A stretch of DNA of 64,000 nucleotides from Lachnospiraceae bacterium (GTDB taxonomy: Bacteria; Bacillota; Clostridia; Lachnospirales; Lachnospiraceae). Of this stretch, positions 1-8,618 are shown in pieces. The position numbers and the translations under genes were made by a program. The notes under the pieces were generated by a model, which saw only the letters and a program-made list of their open reading frames with translations, ran no database searches and was not told the DNA's origin. Position 1 is the first letter of the stretch; each line of letters begins with the position of its first letter. The stretch spans positions 8,131 to 72,130 of the forward strand of contig JAAVIA010000052.1 of assembly GCA_014799405.1 (NCBI GenBank), written 5' to 3'.

Positions 1-1
1 C

Positions 2-2500
2 TTTGATAAAAGTGATGGACTCACCAAGGATATAAATACTCTGTGCCATAGTACAATAGATGCAAACGGAATACTTTATATATGCTGTAACAATGGCATT
101 TGTACGTTAGATACAAGAGAAACCTGGTATAATAATGTTGCGCCAAAGATAAGGGTTACGGCTATAGATGTAGATGGGACAAGGTATGAGTATGATGATT
201 TGTCAGATGGACTTGTAGTTGACAGCAACACGACACGTATAACGGTATATTTTGCAGTATTCAGCTTCACAAACAGAAATAATATTTCCGTAGAATATTT
301 TCTTGACGGTTTTGACGAAAATCCAATTGTAATAAGCGGAAGTAATGCTATGGAGGCAGTGTACACAAATCTTGACGGAGGAACGTATCAGTTCAGGATA
401 AAGGCATATAACGGCGATGGTAAAATGTGTAACGAGGAGGTTGCGTTTCAAATTGAAAAGCAACAGAGCTTTTTTGAGAAAAGTGCATCGAGATATTTTA
501 TACTCATAACGATGCTTTTAGGAATATGCCTCATTTTTTATGCAGGTTTTAGAGTAAGAAAAATATTAATCTCAAATAGCAAGGAAATAGAAAAGCTTTC
601 TAAGGAACATGAACAGGCGGTAAAATCAAGCAGCATAAAAAATGATTACCTTGCAAATATGAGCAATGAGATAAAAATGCCTATAAATGTAATGATGGCT
701 AAAGCGGATGAATTGCTTCAGCTTCACACAGAGGATGATGAGTATAAAAAAAGTATATTAAGCATATACGAGACGGGCGGAAAAATATTAAATAAGGTTG
801 ACGATATTATTCTTCTTGCAAAGATAGAGGCAGGAAAGGTAGATGTAGTCAATGAAAAATACTCTGTGACAACAATGATTTATGAGTTGTCTGAGCTTGT
901 AATGCAAAGCATAGGCGAAAAAACCGTGAAGTTTTTTGTGGAAATAGGAGATATTCTTGCTGATAATGTTGTAGGAGATCAGGAAAAAATAAAAAATATT
1001 TTAAAAAGGATTTTGGAAAATTCCGTAAAGTATACAAAGGACGGCTCAATAACACTTTCTGTAGACTGCTATGAATATACAGACAGGTCAAATAAAAACG
1101 CTGTGAATTTTGTGTTTACCGTATCGGATACGGGAATTGGTATTCAGGAGGAGCGGCTTGAAACAATATTCGAGGTATTTCAAATAGTTGATAATAAAAA
1201 GAACAATATTCATTCAGGAAACGGGGTCGGACTTGCTATAGCAAAGGGGCTTGCTGATACAATGAATGCTGACCTGGAAGTGGAAAGTGCTTATGGCGCA
1301 GGCTCGACCTTTACCCTTTCTGTAAATCAGACCGTGGCAGACAATGGTATGGCAAACTCTGCCTCAAAGGTGGAGGAGATGGTGTCCAAGGAGGTAGCGG
1401 AAAAGCTTTGGCTTCCGGAGGTAAATGTACTGCTTGTTGAGGATGATGAGGTAAGCAGGCAGGTTGCACAGAAGGTTCTTGGTCAGTTTGACCTTAGGGT
1501 GGATGTTGCAACCTCCGCTATCGGAGCCATAGATATGGTTTTGAATAATGATTATGACGTGGTATTTATGGATTTAACGCTGCCTATTATGAGTGGTATA
1601 GATGCCATGAAGGAGATAAGGGAGCTGGATGGGAAAGAGTACAAAATTATGCCTATTGTTTCCATGGATACAGATGCGATAGGGGATAATAATGACAAGC
1701 TTTTGGAGCAGGGCTTTACTGATACACTTGTGAAGCCTATGGATGTAAGGAGAGTGGCAGCAATATTTAAGGATTGCCTTCCTGAAAGCAAGCTTAAGGA
1801 AAAAACAAACGATATTGCAAAATATATACATGATTCAAGATACAGAGATGGCTTGGAAAAGCTTGCGGCTTATGTTGATGTGGAAAATGCGATAGAGCGT
1901 ATAGGAGGAAGTATAGACGTATTTAACAGACTTGTTGTTGCATATTATAATCAGAATGAGAGTGCACCTGATGAGATTTCAAAAAAGCTTGAGAAGGATA
2001 TAAGAGGCTTTAAGACCAAAATCCATACAATAAAAACAACAAGCACAAATATTGGAGCTTTAAGCATTGCAAAGGAGGCGTCAAGGCTTGAGGCTGCCAT
2101 CAACATAGGAAATAAGGAATATGTCAGGAGAAATCTAAGGGAGTTTGCTAAAAATCTGAAGGATATCCTGCAAATCATTCAGGAATATTTGGAATTTGCA
2201 GACATGTTGACAGGGATTACGGATGAGGAATATAATCAAAAGCTTGCCGAAAATAAGTCTTTAGATGAGGCTGATGACGGCACGGATACTACATTAAACG
2301 AAGAAGCATTAGAAAGCATAAAGAAATATGCAGTTGATAATGACTTTGAACTTCTTGATGCCACAATGGAGATGATATCCACTATGGAATTTGAGGGGGA
2401 GGATAAAGAGTTTTTAGATGCGCTTGATGAGGCTGTGACCACAAGGGACAGTGATGCAATTGTGGAGCTTGTAACAACATATGTAAATTTAAAATTATAG
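2..2500 (+). CDS. Hybrid sensor histidine kinase/response regulator (Y_Y_Y, TM, HisKA-like, HATPase, REC, HPt); 5' end truncated by the window edge
   Basis: Frame is open from base 2 (FDKSDGLTKD...). Y_Y_Y-like YTNLDGGTYQFRIKA, one TM helix, N-box ENSVKY, G1 DTGIG, G2 GNGVGLAI, REC (LLVEDD, FMD, VKP), HPt-like IHTIKTTS. H-box reads MSNEIKMP, with no His. Confidence 0.9.
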   Translation, partial: FDKSDGLTKDINTLCHSTIDANGILYICCNNGICTLDTRETWYNNVAPKIRVTAIDVDGTRYEYDDLSDGLVVDSNTTRITVYFAVFSFTNRNNISVEYFLDGFDENPIVISGSNAMEAVYTNLDGGTYQFRIKAYNGDGKMCNEEVAFQIEKQQSFFEKSASRYFILITMLLGICLIFYAGFRVRKILISNSKEIEKLSKEHEQAVKSSSIKNDYLANMSNEIKMPINVMMAKADELLQLHTEDDEYKKSILSIYETGGKILNKVDDIILLAKIEAGKVDVVNEKYSVTTMIYELSELVMQSIGEKTVKFFVEIGDILADNVVGDQEKIKNILKRILENSVKYTKDGSITLSVDCYEYTDRSNKNAVNFVFTVSDTGIGIQEERLETIFEVFQIVDNKKNNIHSGNGVGLAIAKGLADTMNADLEVESAYGAGSTFTLSVNQTVADNGMANSASKVEEMVSKEVAEKLWLPEVNVLLVEDDEVSRQVAQKVLGQFDLRVDVATSAIGAIDMVLNNDYDVVFMDLTLPIMSGIDAMKEIRELDGKEYKIMPIVSMDTDAIGDNNDKLLEQGFTDTLVKPMDVRRVAAIFKDCLPESKLKEKTNDIAKYIHDSRYRDGLEKLAAYVDVENAIERIGGSIDVFNRLVVAYYNQNESAPDEISKKLEKDIRGFKTKIHTIKTTSTNIGALSIAKEASRLEAAINIGNKEYVRRNLREFAKNLKDILQIIQEYLEFADMLTGITDEEYNQKLAENKSLDEADDGTDTTLNEEALESIKKYAVDNDFELLDATMEMISTMEFEGEDKEFLDALDEAVTTRDSDAIVELVTTYVNLKL

Positions 2501-2895
2501 AATGAGGCTGTCGTACCAAAATCTGAGTGTATGGCTCGCCTGTGGTTGTCACATGCTGCTATATACACATAAAACATGCTTTCGCTCGTCTCCGACGTAA
2601 CGGTACTAAGAGTTTGGGTTTCGATGCATAGCTACATGGCACATAAAAATCGTTTGAAGACGTGGGTACTTAAATTGCCGGTTCAAGATTCCTTTATATA
2701 GAGATATCTTAAACCGGCAATTTTTAGTACCGTTACGTCGGAGACGAGCGAAAGCGTGTTTTTATGTGCCATGTAGCTATGCATCGAAATCCAAACTCAA
2801 GTACCGACGTCTTCAAACGGTTTTTATGTGTATATAGCAGCATGTGACAGCCGCAGACAAGCCATATCAAATCTGAGTGCGACAGCCTCATTTTT
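2501..2895. repeat. Modular long imperfect palindrome (REP/REPIN-like) between convergent genes, with permuted internal blocks; probably also a terminator
   Basis: Inverted block pairs: 2501-2516/2877-2892 (15/16), 2547-2574/2822-2849 (28/28), 2574-2608/2725-2759 (34/35), 2610-2649/2759-2798 (39/40), 2651-2670/2800-2819 (19/20), 2672-2689/2706-2723 (17/18). T-run at 2891-2895. Confidence 0.9.
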
Positions 2896-3991
2896 AACTA
2901 TAAATTTTTATGAGGTTCTCAAGCTTCGAGGTTGCATTTATCATCATAAGGTCAAGTAATGTAATTGCGCACATTGATTCAACTATCACAACGGCACGTG
3001 GACCGATGATTGGGTCATGACGTCCTTTTATCTCAATTTCCGTTTCCTCATGTGATGAAGTTATTGTCTGTTGCTTTTTATATATGGACGGAGTGGGTTT
3101 AAAGGAAGCCCTTACAAGAATATCGCTGCCATCGCTTATGCCGCCTAATGTACCGCCTGAATGATTTGTAGCCTTAATCGGATTTCCATTTTCTATTCTA
3201 AAAGCATCGTTATTTTCTGAACCCTTGGCACGTTGAACAAGGATGCCGTCGCCCACTTCAACTGCTTTTACGGCACCGATGGACATTATGGCTTTCCCAA
3301 GGCTTGCATCCAGCTTGTCAAATACAGGCTCGCCTATGCCTGCGGGAACACCGCTTATTATACATTCAACTGATGAGCCAATAGAATCCTTGTCTGCCAT
3401 GACTTCTTTTAGAAGTGCCGTTGCAGCCTCCGCAGCAGCAGAATCAGGCATATAGTGTGGATTGTTAAATATTTCTTTTTTTTGAAAATTGGAATAATCA
3501 ATTACAATATCCCCTATTGAGCGTGTATATGATAAGAGATTAATGCCAAGTGTACTTAAAATCTTTGAGGCAATTGCCCCTGCGGCAACCCTTCCTACGG
3601 TTTCACGAGCTGAGGAACGCCCGCCACCTCTGTAATCTCTGAAACCGAATTTTTCATCAAATCCAAAATCTGCATGTCCAGGTCTGTAGCAGTATGCAAT
3701 ATTTCCGTAATCCTTAGATTTTTGATCCTCATTGTAAACAATAAGGGAAATAGGGGTGCCTGTTGTTTTTCCGTCAAAAACGCCTGATAAAATCTGAACC
3801 GTGTCCGATTCGTTTCGCTTTGTTGAAAAATCGCTCTGTCCCGGCTTTCTTCTGTTTAAAAATACCTGAATATCATCTTCAGAAAGAGGTACATTTGACG
3901 GACATCCGTCAACAACTACACCAAGAGCCTGACCATGAGATTCACCCCATGTACTAATTTTAAAAATGTTACCATATATAGAACCTGCCAT
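2894..3991 (-). CDS. aroC: Chorismate synthase
   Basis: [21 protein letters not shown] and GRHDP motifs. Confidence 0.98.
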   Translation of the reverse strand: MAGSIYGNIFKISTWGESHGQALGVVVDGCPSNVPLSEDDIQVFLNRRKPGQSDFSTKRNESDTVQILSGVFDGKTTGTPISLIVYNEDQKSKDYGNIAYCYRPGHADFGFDEKFGFRDYRGGGRSSARETVGRVAAGAIASKILSTLGINLLSYTRSIGDIVIDYSNFQKKEIFNNPHYMPDSAAAEAATALLKEVMADKDSIGSSVECIISGVPAGIGEPVFDKLDASLGKAIMSIGAVKAVEVGDGILVQRAKGSENNDAFRIENGNPIKATNHSGGTLGGISDGSDILVRASFKPTPSIYKKQQTITSSHEETEIEIKGRHDPIIGPRAVVIVESMCAITLLDLMMINATSKLENLIKIYS

Positions 3992-4054
3992 AATAAAATC
4001 CCCTTTAAAGTAAGATTAGTTATATTTTGGAAAAAAATAATACACAATTATCCG

Positions 4055-4083
4055 TTGACTTCAATGAAAACCATATATATAAT
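4055..4083 (+). promoter_or_regulatory. Sigma-A-type promoter of the patatin-plsC operon
   Basis: TTGACT-17 bp-TATAAT. Confidence 0.65.
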
Positions 4084-4209
4084 TACTTATATGTTTCGTC
4101 GTTTTACGACATTTTAATCACAGAAAATGCATTATTAATATATTATATCCACAAATTATAATTGTCAATGACGATAATTATGCTTACAAACAGGAAAAGG
4201 ATGAGGGTA

Positions 4210-5058
4210 ATGAGTAAGGTTGGACTTGTGTTGGAAGGTGGTGCATTAAGGGGAATTTTTACTGCCGGTGTTCTTGACTTCCTTCTTGAACAAAATATAT
4301 ATTTTCAATATGTAGTTGGTGTATCTGCCGGTTCGGGCAATGCGGTAAACTTTGTAGCACGCCAGATTGGACGTTCAAAAAAGGTCATAACCCATGAAGA
4401 TACAAAATCGTATTATGGAATGGAGCAGCTTAAGGAAAGCAGAAAGCTGCTTAATTTGGATGTGCTTGTTGACGACTATGCGCTTAATGTTTTTCCTTTG
4501 GACTTTGATACATATTTTGCTTCCGATACGTTTTGTGAGTGTGTTGTTACAAATTGTATTACGGGGGAGGCTGAGTACTTATCCAGTGATGGAGATAGAG
4601 ACAGGCTTCTTCTTAACTGCAAGGCATCCTGTGCAGTGCCATTTGCGTGTCAACCTGTTCTTATAGAGAATGTGCCATATTTAGACGGTAGTATTTCTGA
4701 CGGTATTCCCATAGAGCATGCTATGAAGCAGGGGTGTGATAAGCTTGTTGTTGTTTTGACAAAGCCTGCGGGAAGCTCCGCAACGGATTATTCGAAAATA
4801 AAAAGGGTAATAGGACTTAAATATCAAAGAAAATATCCGAATCTGTGCAGTACAATGATTTCGAGAAAGGCGTCATATGATAAACAGATGGAGGCGCTGC
4901 TTGAGCTTGAAAGAGAGGGCAAGGCATTAATTTTAAGACCGCAGGATAATACCGTAGGACATTTTGAAAATGACAGCTCAAAGCTTAATGAATGTTATGA
5001 GATGGGTTACAAATACACGGAAGAACAATTTGAAAGGCTCAGAGAGTTTATGATGTAA
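4210..5058 (+). CDS. Patatin-like phospholipase
   Basis: Gly-rich GGALRG, nucleophile elbow GVSAG, DGS motif. Start placed after the GAGG RBS. Confidence 0.9.
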   Translation: MSKVGLVLEGGALRGIFTAGVLDFLLEQNIYFQYVVGVSAGSGNAVNFVARQIGRSKKVITHEDTKSYYGMEQLKESRKLLNLDVLVDDYALNVFPLDFDTYFASDTFCECVVTNCITGEAEYLSSDGDRDRLLLNCKASCAVPFACQPVLIENVPYLDGSISDGIPIEHAMKQGCDKLVVVLTKPAGSSATDYSKIKRVIGLKYQRKYPNLCSTMISRKASYDKQMEALLELEREGKALILRPQDNTVGHFENDSSKLNECYEMGYKYTEEQFERLREFMM

Positions 5059-5072
5059 GCAGGTGTATAAAA

Positions 5073-5795
5073 ATGTTAAATTTACGTTTTAAATATGTTG
5101 TTGCTTCAAGCGGATTATTTGTCCTGTGGGCAGTCCCAAAGGCTAATAAAATGATTAGGGAGAAGGAAAAATATAGTCTCAAGGTTCGCTATGAGCATGC
5201 CAAATGTATAATGAATCATATGCGGAAAAGGGCACGCACAACAACAGTAGTTACAGGAAAAGAAAATATTCCTTCTGATGGCGGATGTATTTTTTATTCA
5301 AATCATCAGGGAAAGTACGATGCGTTAGGAATTTTACTTGCATTGGATAAGCCGTGCGGAATGCTTTTCGGAAAGGTACAGGCAAGCAGACTTTTAAGCA
5401 GGCAGGTTGTAGGTCTTGTTGAAGGCGTTGTAATAGACCTTACGGATCCCAGAGATGAGGTGAAAGCTATCAGGAAGGTTACGGAAGAAGTGGGAAAAGG
5501 TCGTTATTTTCTTATTTTTCCCGAAGGCGGTTACACAGATAACAAAAATAAGCTTCAGGAATTTCATACCGGCTGTTTTAGCTGTACATTAAAGACTAAA
5601 ACACCTGTTGTGCCTGTTTGCATTTATGATTCGTATAAATCCATGAACAGTAATACCTTTGAGAAGGTCGAAACACAGGTGCATTTTTTAAAGCCGATAT
5701 ATTATGATGAATATAATGGTATGAAAAAGCCTCAGCTTGCACAGCTTGTCAAGGACAGGATACAGGAAAAGCTGGATGAAATTGAGGGAGTATAA
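5073..5795 (+). CDS. plsC: 1-acyl-sn-glycerol-3-phosphate acyltransferase
   Basis: NHQGKYD (HX4D) and FPEG motifs. Confidence 0.85.
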   Translation: MLNLRFKYVVASSGLFVLWAVPKANKMIREKEKYSLKVRYEHAKCIMNHMRKRARTTTVVTGKENIPSDGGCIFYSNHQGKYDALGILLALDKPCGMLFGKVQASRLLSRQVVGLVEGVVIDLTDPRDEVKAIRKVTEEVGKGRYFLIFPEGGYTDNKNKLQEFHTGCFSCTLKTKTPVVPVCIYDSYKSMNSNTFEKVETQVHFLKPIYYDEYNGMKKPQLAQLVKDRIQEKLDEIEGV

Positions 5796-5935
5796 TGTTA
5801 CATGTTTTATATCATATATTTTACATGGTATAAGTTGTGAAAGCATGTTATAATATGCCCTAAAGAGGGATCAAACGAAGTTGGGAGGATTCCTTAGGGC
5901 AAGACCTAAGACCTATCGGAATGAGGAGGAGCATA

Positions 5936-7915
5936 ATGAGTCAGCTGGTTTATACAAATGCAAAATGTCAGGGATGTAATCGTTGCATTTCGGTATGTCC
6001 AGTGCTTACTGCAAACTATTCTGTCCGTACAGAAGTTGGACAGCGGATAGAGGTACATAGCGAAAATTGTGTTGCTTGTGGTGCCTGCTTTGATGTTTGC
6101 GAGCATAATGCCAGAGAATATTATGATGACACGGAACAGTTTTTTCGTGATTTAGAACGTGGCGAACAGATATCTGTGCTGCTGGCTCCGTCATTTCAGG
6201 CCAATTATCCAGAGGAATATGCCTCTATATTGGGCGGACTGAAGGATTTAGGCATCAATCGTATTATAAGTGTAAGCTTCGGTGCTGACATTACCACATG
6301 GGGATATATCAATTATATTTCAGAGAATGATTTACAAGGAGGGATTTCACAGCCTTGTCCGGCAGTTGTTAATTACATTGAGCATTATGCACCGGATTTG
6401 ATACAGAAGCTGATTCCGGTTCATAGTCCTTTACTGTGTACGGCGATTTATGCAAAAAAATATATGCATATAACGGATAAGCTGGCATTTATCAGTCCAT
6501 GTATTGCAAAAAAGATTGAGATTACGGACCCAAATACGAATGGCTATGTATCATATAATCTGACCTTCAATCATTTCATGGAGTATGTAAGAAAGCATCA
6601 TATCATTGGAAAAGATGCATCCGATGAGATAGAATATGGTTTGGGAGCTGTTTATCCAACCCCGGGAGGACTTAAGGAGAATGTCTATTGGTTTTGTGGA
6701 GAAGATGCATTTATACGACAGGTAGAGGGAGAAAAACGTGCATATGCCTTTTTAGAGGATTACAGGAAGAGACTTGCCAGAGGGCAGAGATTACCATTTA
6801 TGGTTGATATTCTAAACTGCGACAGAGGTTGCCTTTACGGAACAGGTATTGAAACGGAAAAAAATTATTCTGAGGAAAATTATTATAATCTGCAGGAAAT
6901 CAGAGAACGCTGTAAGAAAAACAGTGAAGAAAATCCATTTTCAAAAAAGCTTACTCCAGTGGAACGTTTAGAACAATTTAACAGGCAGTTTTCCGAATTG
7001 GATATTCGGGATTTTATGCGGAACTATTCTGATAAATCCACCAGTATTTCTTTGCGTGAGCCAAGTGAGAAAGACTTGGAGGATATATTTATTTCCATGA
7101 ATAAAAAAAGTTGGGCACAAAGGAATATTAACTGTGGAGCATGTGGATATGGAAACTGTCTGGAAATGGCAGCGGCAATTTACAATGGCAGTAATATACC
7201 GGAAAATTGTGTTCACTATATGAAGGATGAGCTTCATGCATTTTCTGTCAGGATGAAAAAACAAAATGAGGAATTAAAGCGTGCGATTCAGGAGGAAAAG
7301 GAAGGCGAGCTGTTCATTAATCAGATTATACGTGCGTTTGCAAAAAGTATTGACCTTAAGGACCAGTATACAAAGGGACATTCCTTCCGTGTGGCAGAGT
7401 ATGCAAGGTTGATTGCAACGAGGATGGGATATAATGATAAAAAGCTTGAAAATATTTATCATATTGCCCTGCTCCATGATATTGGTAAGGTTGTAATACC
7501 GGAAGAGATTTTAAATAAGCCGGGGAAGCTCACAGATGGTGAGTATGAAATGATTAAGCTACACGCACAATATGGTTATGATATTTTAAAGGAAATTGAC
7601 AGCCTTCCGAATCTGGCACTTGGTGCGGGATATCATCATGAGCGCGTAGATGGAAAGGGATATCCGAACGGAAAGCAGGAAAAAGAAATTCCGCAGATTG
7701 CCAGAATTATTGCAGTTGCAGATACATTTGATGCCATGCATTCCACCCGTCCATACAGGAAATGTATGCCAATGGAACATATTATTAATGAATTGAAACG
7801 GGTTTCGGGAACCCAGTTAGATGCCCATATTGTGGATATTCTTTTGGAGCTTATTGATGAGGGCGCTTTTGAGGATGATATTCAGGGACAATATGCAGTT
7901 GAAATGGATAAGTAA
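5936..7915 (+). CDS. Sensory-type [FeFe]-hydrogenase-like/Fe-S protein fused to an HD-GYP cyclic-dinucleotide phosphodiesterase
   Basis: 2x[4Fe-4S] ferredoxin (CQGCNRCISVCP, CVACGACFDVC). H-cluster-like motifs SQPCP, SPCIAKKIE, DILNCDRGCLYG. FeS domain CGACGYGNC...C. HD-GYP motifs HSFRV, LHDIGK, HHERVDGKGYP, ADTFDAM, RPYR. Start ATG 5936 follows GAGGAGG. Confidence 0.88.
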   Translation: MSQLVYTNAKCQGCNRCISVCPVLTANYSVRTEVGQRIEVHSENCVACGACFDVCEHNAREYYDDTEQFFRDLERGEQISVLLAPSFQANYPEEYASILGGLKDLGINRIISVSFGADITTWGYINYISENDLQGGISQPCPAVVNYIEHYAPDLIQKLIPVHSPLLCTAIYAKKYMHITDKLAFISPCIAKKIEITDPNTNGYVSYNLTFNHFMEYVRKHHIIGKDASDEIEYGLGAVYPTPGGLKENVYWFCGEDAFIRQVEGEKRAYAFLEDYRKRLARGQRLPFMVDILNCDRGCLYGTGIETEKNYSEENYYNLQEIRERCKKNSEENPFSKKLTPVERLEQFNRQFSELDIRDFMRNYSDKSTSISLREPSEKDLEDIFISMNKKSWAQRNINCGACGYGNCLEMAAAIYNGSNIPENCVHYMKDELHAFSVRMKKQNEELKRAIQEEKEGELFINQIIRAFAKSIDLKDQYTKGHSFRVAEYARLIATRMGYNDKKLENIYHIALLHDIGKVVIPEEILNKPGKLTDGEYEMIKLHAQYGYDILKEIDSLPNLALGAGYHHERVDGKGYPNGKQEKEIPQIARIIAVADTFDAMHSTRPYRKCMPMEHIINELKRVSGTQLDAHIVDILLELIDEGAFEDDIQGQYAVEMDK

Positions 7916-7952
7916 TTCTGTTTTTTAAGATTAAAACATTGACACAAAAGTG

Positions 7953-7981
7953 TTTACATTGAGCAGTTGTTGTGTTATTAT
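7953..7981 (+). promoter_or_regulatory. rpsO promoter
   Basis: TTTACA-17 bp-TATTAT with an extended -10 TG. Confidence 0.6.
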
Positions 7982-7984
7982 AGG

Positions 7985-8060
7985 CAATGCCATCACTTAG
8001 TTATCGGCTCACTCCGACCATAACCCGGTGATTGGATATAATCTTTTTAGGAGGAAAAAA
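7985..8060 (+). ncRNA. Ribosomal protein S15 autoregulatory leader (Firmicutes type)
   Basis: Nested stems CCATCAC/GTGATTGG, GTTAT/ATAAC and TCGG/CCGA directly upstream of the rpsO RBS. S15 leaders are established at this position. Confidence 0.65.
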
Positions 8061-8062
8061 AT

Positions 8063-8329
8063 ATGATAACTACTGAGATGAAGAAAGAAATCATTGAGAA
8101 GTACGGAAGATGTGAGGGCGACACGGGTTCACCTGAGGTACAGGTTGCACTTCTTACTGCAAGAATTAATGATTTAAATGAGCATTTTAAGGCTCATCCA
8201 AAGGATCATCACTCAAGGAGAGGACTTCTTAAGATGGTTGGTCAAAGAAGAAATTTACTTGCTTATCTTAAGAGTAAGGACATTGAGCGTTACAGAACTC
8301 TTATTGAGAAGCTTGGACTTAGAAAGTAA
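8063..8329 (+). CDS. rpsO: 30S ribosomal protein S15
   Basis: [13 protein letters not shown] and [16 protein letters not shown]. Confidence 0.99.
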   Translation: MITTEMKKEIIEKYGRCEGDTGSPEVQVALLTARINDLNEHFKAHPKDHHSRRGLLKMVGQRRNLLAYLKSKDIERYRTLIEKLGLRK

Positions 8330-8334
8330 ATCAT

Positions 8335-8367
8335 AAAAAGAGGCTGCCGATTTTGGCAGCCTTTTTT
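8335..8367 (+). terminator. Intrinsic terminator after rpsO
   Basis: AAAAAGAGGCTGCC-gatttt-GGCAGCCTTTTTT. Confidence 0.85.
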
Positions 8368-8384
8368 ATTAACAGTAAACTTCG

Positions 8385-8452
8385 TTTTCTACCGGTATGC
8401 TCCTTACGGAGCTTGCTAAGATGCGAACTGCGGCGGCAAAGATATTTTGTTC
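8385..8452. repeat. 68-bp structured intergenic element, copy 1
   Basis: Aligns without gaps to 10835-10902 at 50/68. Shared core TGCTA(A/G)GATGCGAACTGC. Hairpin GCTCC-TTAC-GGAGC. Confidence 0.75.
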
Positions 8453-8618
8453 GTTTTAGCATGAAGATACTTTATTCTTGAAAAAAAGGAAATTTGCTGA
8501 TATTCTAAAAAAAGTAAAATAATTGTGTCAGATTTTCCATGTGAATTTGTAATACATTTTGATGTACTTTGTAAATTTGAGCATGGATGTGATGCTGCTA
8601 AAAACCTGGAGGCACGAT

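Noticed and set aside
2236-2577. 113-aa minus-strand ORF running into the palindrome
   Set aside because: Antisense shadow of the kinase, Ser-rich, with no RBS or domain.
2501-2895. CRISPR array or MITE/IS remnant
   Set aside because: There are no regularly spaced direct repeats with unique spacers and no cas genes. No clear target-site duplication or transposase fragment is present. Kept as a REP-like element instead.
3992-4200. T-box or attenuator upstream of aroC
   Set aside because: No T-box AATTAGAGTGGAACC-like sequence or leader peptide on the minus strand. None upstream of thrC, pheA or ybaK either.
5840-5935. c-di-GMP-I/II riboswitch upstream of the HD-GYP gene
   Set aside because: The GNRA/receptor P1-P2 pattern (GGCAAA...GAAA...GACGCAAAG) and the class II kink-turn/pseudoknot blocks are not present.
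8559-8618. Longer N-terminus for aroE-aroK as in the ORF track
   Set aside because: No RBS at 8559; GGAGG precedes ATG 8619. Starts were trimmed by the same reasoning for the patatin, tepA, glmM, purB, PilZ, mnmA and 21295-21714 ORFs.
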